Shown here piece after piece: positions 29,833 to 35,069 of a DNA stretch of 35,069 nucleotides. Origin of the DNA: Armatimonadota bacterium. Lineage in GTDB: Bacteria; Armatimonadota; Fimbriimonadia; Fimbriimonadales; GBS-DC. Position numbers and translations under genes: made by a program. Within the stretch, counting starts at the first letter, position 1. Each line of letters starts with the position of its first letter. The stretch spans positions 1 through 35,069 of the forward strand of contig JBBIJY010000028.1 of assembly GCA_037445735.1 (NCBI GenBank). The letters run 5' to 3'. The notes below the pieces were generated by a model that worked only from the letters and a program-made list of their open reading frames with translations, had not been told where the DNA came from and did no database searches.

Positions 29833-30699
29833 ATGAGACGGCTGAGTCTGAGCGACTGGTATCGCTATCTGGAGAGCCAGTTTGTGGAGGAGGGTCAAAC
29901 GCCCGCGCCGCAGGAGTCGCCGAGCCAGAGCGAAACGGCTGCGGTGCAACCTGCTGCTGAGCCGGAACGCCCGCCCGCATCCCTGATGCCCCTGTCCCCT
30001 GCCCGCGAGGTGGCGAAGCCATCGCCTGCACCCGTCGCGGCGGTGCCCGTGCGTGAAGAGGCGGAGCCGCTGCCCTCCACCGCTCGCGAAGCCTACGCCG
30101 TCATCTCCATTCGTGTGCCCGACTTTCTGGCGTTTGTGCCGCCGCTGCGCGAGGAGCTGGGTCTGCCCGAACCTGAACCTGTTCCGCCGAGCGGGCTTGA
30201 ACGGGACGCTCAAGCCACTGCGAGCGCAGTTGAGCGGGACGCTCAAGCTCCTGCGACTCAGCCGCAGGTGAGCCGTGCCCCTCAACCCGTGCCGACTGCC
30301 GAGATTGCACCGCGCCTGCGCAAACGCCGCGCCCGACAAACCGACCCCGAAGCGCTCATCCCGCCCGAAATGGACGAAATCTGGGCGAAACTGCCCCGCT
30401 ACCTGCGCTACCTGTCGGAGTGGACGGACGACAGCGTAACGGACAAGTATTATCCCGTGCGGGGTCGCGAGAGCCGCGAGGAACTGATTGCTCGCCTGAC
30501 GGATCCCGTGCTGACGCTGGAGGAGGTCGCCCGCCTGCTGGGGGTCTGCCCCGCGACGGTGCGTCGCTACACCAATCGCGGCTGGCTGCGCCACTTCCGT
30601 ACCGAAGGCAACCAGCGCCGATTCCGACTCTCCGATGTGGTGGCGTTTCTGGAGGAGCAGATGAAGCGCGTGCCGCGTGGCAGTCGTGCCCGACGCTGA
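29833..30699 (+). CDS. Protein with C-terminal excisionase/MerR-like (HTH_17) DNA-binding domain and long Pro/Ala/Glu-rich linker
   Basis: LTLEEVARLLGVCPATVRRYTNRGWLRHFRTEGNQRRFRLSDV. Confidence 0.85.
   Translation: MRRLSLSDWYRYLESQFVEEGQTPAPQESPSQSETAAVQPAAEPERPPASLMPLSPAREVAKPSPAPVAAVPVREEAEPLPSTAREAYAVISIRVPDFLAFVPPLREELGLPEPEPVPPSGLERDAQATASAVERDAQAPATQPQVSRAPQPVPTAEIAPRLRKRRARQTDPEALIPPEMDEIWAKLPRYLRYLSEWTDDSVTDKYYPVRGRESREELIARLTDPVLTLEEVARLLGVCPATVRRYTNRGWLRHFRTEGNQRRFRLSDVVAFLEEQMKRVPRGSRARR
30197..30256. repeat. Tandem pair (33-bp period) of REP-like palindromes inside the HTH gene
   Basis: TTGAACG-GGA-CGCTCAA-GCCAC and TTGAGCG-GGA-CGCTCAA-GCTCC; encode ERDAQAT and ERDAQAP. Confidence 0.75.
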
Positions 30700-30722
30700 G
30701 CCGTGCCGCAGGGAGACCCGCC

Positions 30723-31913
30723 GTGAAAATCGCCCTCTTCTCGGAGAGCTACCTGCCCTACCTGAACGGGGTCAGCATCTCCATTCGCATCCTGCAGGAC
30801 GAACTGCAGCGGCGCGGGCACGAGGTGTGGGTCTACGCACCGCGCTTTCGGAACCACACCGACGACTCACCCTCTGTGCGTCGGTTCCCCGCCTTCTACA
30901 CGCCGTTCGAACCCGACTACCCGATTGGCTGGCTCTACGCGCCGCGCCTGTGGCGTGAATGGCGTCAGCAGGGGTTCGATATCGTGCATACGCACACGCC
31001 CTTCTTTGTGGGCATGGCGGGCGCCAGCTGGGCACGGCGCACCCGCACGCCCCTGGTCAGCACCTTCCACACACTGTACGAGGAGTATCTGCACTATGTG
31101 CCCTCGATAGTGCCACGCGGACTGATACGGCGCGTGTTGCGCTGGCATCTGCGTCGCTACTATGAGGGCGTGGACGCGATTATCACGCCATCGGAGGTCG
31201 GCGCGGCGGTGCTGCGTCGCTATGGGGTGCGCAAGCCCATCACGCCCATTCGCAACCCTGTGCTGCCGTTCCCCGACCTCAGCAAAGAGCAGGCACGCGC
31301 CACGCTGGGCATCCCGAACGAGGTCTGGATGCTGCTCTATGTGGGGCGCATGGCGCCCGAAAAGAATGTGCATGTGCTGTTGCAGGCGATGCCGCAGGTT
31401 GTGCGCGAGTGCCCGAACGCTTACCTGTGGCTGGTCGGATCGGGACCCTCACTCGAATCGCTTCAGCAGCAAGCCGAAGCGCTCGGCGTCGGCGACCATG
31501 TGCAGTTCACGGGAGCGGTGCCGCGCGATCAGGTGTCGCTTTACCTGCTCGCTGCCGATCTGTTCACCTTCCCATCGGTCACGGAGTCGCAGGGGCTGGT
31601 GCTGGACGAGGCGCAGGCGGCAGGTCTGCCCTGCATCGTGGCGAACGGGGGCGGCGCGCCCGAAGCCGTCGAGTATGGCAAGTGTGGGCTTATCGTGGAG
31701 CCGACGCCGCAGGCGTTTGTCGAGGCGATTCTGCGCCTCACCCGCGATTCAAACGAGCGTGAGCGCCTGCGTCAGGCAGGTCTGCGCAAGCGCGAAACGC
31801 TCTCCGTGCCTGCAGTGGTGGATCGCATCATAAAAGTCTACGAACAGGCGCGTGAGACCTCCTCACCCGCACCCTCTCCCCCACATGCGGGAGAGAGGGT
31901 TCAGGCTCGCTGA
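30723..31913 (+). CDS. Glycosyltransferase family 4 (diacylglycerol glucosyltransferase-like)
   Basis: GTG start KIALFSESYLPYLNGV, HTHTPF, STFHTLYEEYLHY, YVGRMAPEKN, ESQGLVLDEA. Confidence 0.9.
   Translation: MKIALFSESYLPYLNGVSISIRILQDELQRRGHEVWVYAPRFRNHTDDSPSVRRFPAFYTPFEPDYPIGWLYAPRLWREWRQQGFDIVHTHTPFFVGMAGASWARRTRTPLVSTFHTLYEEYLHYVPSIVPRGLIRRVLRWHLRRYYEGVDAIITPSEVGAAVLRRYGVRKPITPIRNPVLPFPDLSKEQARATLGIPNEVWMLLYVGRMAPEKNVHVLLQAMPQVVRECPNAYLWLVGSGPSLESLQQQAEALGVGDHVQFTGAVPRDQVSLYLLAADLFTFPSVTESQGLVLDEAQAAGLPCIVANGGGAPEAVEYGKCGLIVEPTPQAFVEAILRLTRDSNERERLRQAGLRKRETLSVPAVVDRIIKVYEQARETSSPAPSPPHAGERVQAR
31857..31900 (+). repeat. BoxC-like repeat forming the 3' end of the GT4 CDS
   Basis: CCTCCTCACCCGCACCCTCTCCCCCACATGCGGGAGAGAGGG; encodes SSPAPSPPHAGER. 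Confidence 0.8.
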
Positions 31914-31916
31914 AGG

Positions 31917-33218
31917 TCACTTCGCCAGGCGCAGGATGGCTTCGGCAAGGTGGATCGGGTCGTGGCGCACGAAGTCGCTCTCGCTGATAAAATTTCCAGT
32001 CACCACCCGATAGCCCATCGCGCGGATGCGATCCACATCGGGCACGACCATATCCTGCCCGCTGGCGCGATACCGCTCCAGCATTTCGGGGCTGGGCATG
32101 CGCGTGTTCACCAGCACATAATCAAACACGCGCCGACCCACATGCGCCTCGATCGCCCGCACATGGTCGGACGCCGTGAAGTTGTCGGTCTCACCGGGCT
32201 GGGTCATCACATTGCACACATAGATGCGGATGGCGTCGGTCGCATGCAGGGCGTCAGCAATCGCGGGCACGAGCAGGTTCGGTATGACGCTGGTGAAGAG
32301 GCTTCCTGGGCCCAGCACCACCACATCCGCCTGGCGGATGGCTTCGACGGCTTCGGGCGGCGCAGGCGGGTCCGGCGGTTTCAGATGCATGCGACGGATA
32401 CGCGCGGGATAGGCGACAATCGCCGTCTCGCCCTCCACGCAGGCACCGTCCTCCATCTCGGCGAGCAGGTTCACATGGCTGAGCGTGGAGGGCAGCACGC
32501 GCCCGCGAATCGCCAGCACCTTGCTCATCTCGCGCACCGCCTGCTCAAAATCGCCCGTGATTTGCGTCATCGCGGCAATCAGCAGGTTGCCCACCGAGTG
32601 CCCGCCCAGCGTGCCCGATTCGGAGCGGAACCGATGCTGGAGCAGGGCGGTCATCGCGCCTTCAGCGTCGGCTAAGGCAATCAGGCAGTTGCGGATGTCG
32701 CCCGGTGGCAGGATGCCCAGCTCCTGGCGCAGGCGCCCCGACGAGCCGCCGTCGTCGGTCACCGTCACAATCGCCACGATGTTGGCGGTGTAGCGTTTGA
32801 TACCGCGCAGCATGGTGGACAGCCCCGTGCCGCCGCCAATCACCGCCACGCGCTTGCCGTGCGCCATCAGCACATAGCGGGACAGCACATCCCACACGCG
32901 CCCGCTCACGCGCGGCTGCAAAATGTTCACCAGCGTGCGCCACGCCCGACGCAGCCCCCACCACCAGAGCATGCCACCAGCCGCAATCAACGCCATCCCA
33001 ATCGCGATTCGAGCGACCTGCACACCCTGCGCGGTGCTCAACCGATCGCGCAAAAAGGCATCCAGAGCATTGTAAGCCGTCTCCAGCCAGCGCGACGGCT
33101 GACCCATCAACAGCACATAGACGCCCAGCAAGGCAATCAGCACGCCGACGCTGGAGAGCAGCAGCCAGCGCTTCACCCGAATACCTGGCAGTAGCCACCG
33201 CAGGCGCTCGTTGGGCAT
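31917..33218 (-). CDS. yvcK: Gluconeogenesis factor YvcK/GlmR (CofD-related) with N-terminal TM segments
   Basis: [64 protein letters not shown]. Confidence 0.93.
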   Translation of the reverse strand: MPNERLRWLLPGIRVKRWLLLSSVGVLIALLGVYVLLMGQPSRWLETAYNALDAFLRDRLSTAQGVQVARIAIGMALIAAGGMLWWWGLRRAWRTLVNILQPRVSGRVWDVLSRYVLMAHGKRVAVIGGGTGLSTMLRGIKRYTANIVAIVTVTDDGGSSGRLRQELGILPPGDIRNCLIALADAEGAMTALLQHRFRSESGTLGGHSVGNLLIAAMTQITGDFEQAVREMSKVLAIRGRVLPSTLSHVNLLAEMEDGACVEGETAIVAYPARIRRMHLKPPDPPAPPEAVEAIRQADVVVLGPGSLFTSVIPNLLVPAIADALHATDAIRIYVCNVMTQPGETDNFTASDHVRAIEAHVGRRVFDYVLVNTRMPSPEMLERYRASGQDMVVPDVDRIRAMGYRVVTGNFISESDFVRHDPIHLAEAILRLAK

Positions 33219-33219
33219 C

Positions 33220-34092
33220 TCACTCCTCACCTCGCTCGATATCGCGATGCTCCACGCTCACGCGGTAGCCCTGCCGCTCGAACCACTTCTGCAGGGTGTC
33301 CACCAGCACCACGGAGCGGTGTCGCCCGCCCGTACAGCCGATGCCTATCGTCAGATACGCCTTGCCCTCCTGCTCATACTGGGGCAGCAGGTGCTTCAGG
33401 AAGCTTTTCAGCTGCCTTATGAATCGCCGGGTCTGCGCGTCGCTCAGCACATAGTTGCAGACAGCGGGGTCGGTGCCAGGGCGGGGTTGCAGTTCGGGCA
33501 CATAGTGCGGGTTGGGCAGGAAGCGCACATCGAACACGAGGTCGGCGTCGGCTGGAATGCCGTATTTGTAGCCGAAGGAGATGAGCCGGATGCGCAGCGG
33601 GGCGTGGTAGCCCACCTCGCGATAGAGGGCGCGAATGGTGCTGCGCAGCTCCTGCGGGCGGAAAAGCGTGGTGTCCAGCACGCGGTCGGCTATCGCGCGC
33701 AGGGGCGCCAGCAGGGCGCGCTCGCGCTCGATGGCGTCCGTGAGCGCCGTCTGCTGCTGGGCGAGCGGGTGCGGGCGGCGTGTCTCCTTGAAACGGCGCA
33801 GCAGCACCTCGTCCGCGCAGTCCAGAAACAGCACCTCGATGGGGCAACAGCTGGCACGCCACTGCTCGATGCGTGCCGCCGCCTCGTTTAAGGGTTCGCC
33901 CGCGCGCGTGTCGATGACCACCGCGACGCGCTGACCTTCGTCCACCCGCGCCTTCAGCGAGCCAAGCAGCGAGGGCAGCAGGTTATCGATGCACAGGTAG
34001 CCGATGTCTTCGAGGGTCTGCAGGGCGAGCGTTTTGCCCGCGCCCGACACACCTGTCAACACAATCCATCGCCCCCGACCCTTCTTCGCCAT
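33220..34092 (-). CDS. rapZ: RNase adapter RapZ/YvcJ P-loop protein
   Basis: TGVSGAGKT, CIDNL, ETRRPHPL, SFGYKYGIP, FDVRFLPNPHY, IGCTGGRHRSV. Confidence 0.95.
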   Translation of the reverse strand: MAKKGRGRWIVLTGVSGAGKTLALQTLEDIGYLCIDNLLPSLLGSLKARVDEGQRVAVVIDTRAGEPLNEAAARIEQWRASCCPIEVLFLDCADEVLLRRFKETRRPHPLAQQQTALTDAIERERALLAPLRAIADRVLDTTLFRPQELRSTIRALYREVGYHAPLRIRLISFGYKYGIPADADLVFDVRFLPNPHYVPELQPRPGTDPAVCNYVLSDAQTRRFIRQLKSFLKHLLPQYEQEGKAYLTIGIGCTGGRHRSVVLVDTLQKWFERQGYRVSVEHRDIERGEE

Positions 34093-34099
34093 CCGCGTC

Positions 34100-34597
34100 T
34101 CATCTCCTGCTGGGCGCCAGCACCAGTATGGCAAGCATACCCTGAATCAGCCCTATCAGGGCGCCCTCCACCACGGCTGCCGTCGGGTTGCCCACCAGAT
34201 AGCCTGCCAGCGCCAGCCCGCCCAGCTGGGTAAGCAGCCACATCAGCAGGATACCCCCCACAATCGCAATCGCCATCAGCGCGGCGCGGCGTGCCCGCCG
34301 CACAAACAGCGCCGCCGCGCCCGTCAGCAGCGCGACGGGCAGGCTCAACAGCGCGCTCACGCCCAGCGACTCCTGCCAGTACGGGCTGGGCTGCACATCG
34401 AGCGCCAGCACCACGCGCTCACCCCAGCTGTAGGGCGGCTCGCGGTCAACCGCCTCAGTTCCGTACCGCGACTCCAGCCGATTCTCCAGCCGCTGACGCA
34501 GCTGATCCAGTCCCCACAGCACCCCGAAGTGCGCCGCCGTCAGCAGCCCATACAATCCCAGCCAGAGCGCGAACGCTCGCAGAAAACGCGCTATCAT
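34100..34597 (-). CDS. Hypothetical membrane protein (~4 TM)
   Basis: Hydrophobic segments; 7-bp gaps to both co-oriented neighbours. Confidence 0.75.
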   Translation of the reverse strand: MIARFLRAFALWLGLYGLLTAAHFGVLWGLDQLRQRLENRLESRYGTEAVDREPPYSWGERVVLALDVQPSPYWQESLGVSALLSLPVALLTGAAALFVRRARRAALMAIAIVGGILLMWLLTQLGGLALAGYLVGNPTAAVVEGALIGLIQGMLAILVLAPSRR

Positions 34598-34604
34598 AAC
34601 CGGC

Positions 34605-34979
34605 TTATGAACGGCTTTCCTCCTCCTTCAGCAGCCCGCTCAGCAGCCCGTGAATGACGCCCAGCACCACCGAGCCGTAAAGCGCCGCCCAGAAGTTGCC
34701 CACGCGAAAGCCCAGCGGCGCAATCGCGAACACAATCCAGAACAGCAAAGCGTTCGCAATCAGCCCCGCGATGCCCAGCGTGAGACAGTTGAGCGGCAGC
34801 ACTGCCAGCCGCACGACAGGTCGAACCAGCGCGTTCACCAGCCCTAAAATCAGCGCCATAACCGCCACATCGACCCAGTTCGAGCTGGGCTTCATATCCA
34901 GCCCCAGCGCCTGCCCGCTCCAGAAGGTCAAATAGAGCGCGAACCCAAAAACCACCCAGTTTACAATGAACCGTACCAT
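34605..34979 (-). CDS. YvlD/DUF360 (phage holin superfamily IV) membrane protein
   Basis: ALILGLVNALVRPV..LPLNCLTLG..NALLF..GF.V.NFWAALYGS; TATACT 7 nt before ATG 34979. Confidence 0.85.
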   Translation of the reverse strand: MVRFIVNWVVFGFALYLTFWSGQALGLDMKPSSNWVDVAVMALILGLVNALVRPVVRLAVLPLNCLTLGIAGLIANALLFWIVFAIAPLGFRVGNFWAALYGSVVLGVIHGLLSGLLKEEESRS

Positions 34980-35069
34980 CACTTGGAGTATACCCTGCAA
35001 GAATCCCTGTTTCGGCAGGATTCCCGGCGCCGTGCGCGTATTCTCCTGTCGCTCGCATCGCCCGAAACA

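Noticed and set aside
29225-34979. Prophage or integrative element suggested by holin-family, excisionase-like and Uma2 genes
   Set aside because: No integrase, structural or replication genes. YvlD-type proteins normally sit near rapZ/yvcK, and Uma2 paralogs are commonly scattered.

Overview
High-GC bacterial chromosomal segment, most consistent with Armatimonadota (inferred from the DUF1559/H-X9-DG pilin-like protein, repeated dockerin-like C-terminal domains, a PEP-CTERM-like tail and Terrabacteria-type core genes). It holds the str operon (rpsL-rpsG-fusA-tuf start), rsmA, argB, purF, a PHP histidinol phosphatase, lepB, ribBA, apbE and rapZ-yvcK, interspersed with secreted proteins (M1 peptidase, copper-radical oxidase, WD40 and HAF-repeat propellers). 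No rRNA, tRNA, CRISPR array, transposase or prophage is visible. Most notable: (1) a 179-aa PLMP-like + HNH protein (IshB-like) with a structured switch-like leader carrying a leaderless uORF upstream and a ~98-nt hairpin downstream; (2) a copper-radical oxidase whose only SD-supported start is out of frame across a G10 tract (candidate phase variation); (3) a ~200-nt structured RNA with an intrinsic terminator between the str promoter and rpsL; (4) a two-copy ~165-bp TIR-bounded element whose ends abut sigma70 -35 boxes; (5) palindromic repeats translated in frame inside three proteins; (6) a recurrent Cys-terminated dockerin-like tail, including an orphan pseudogene copy. All calls come from manual motif reading; no searches or folding programs were run.
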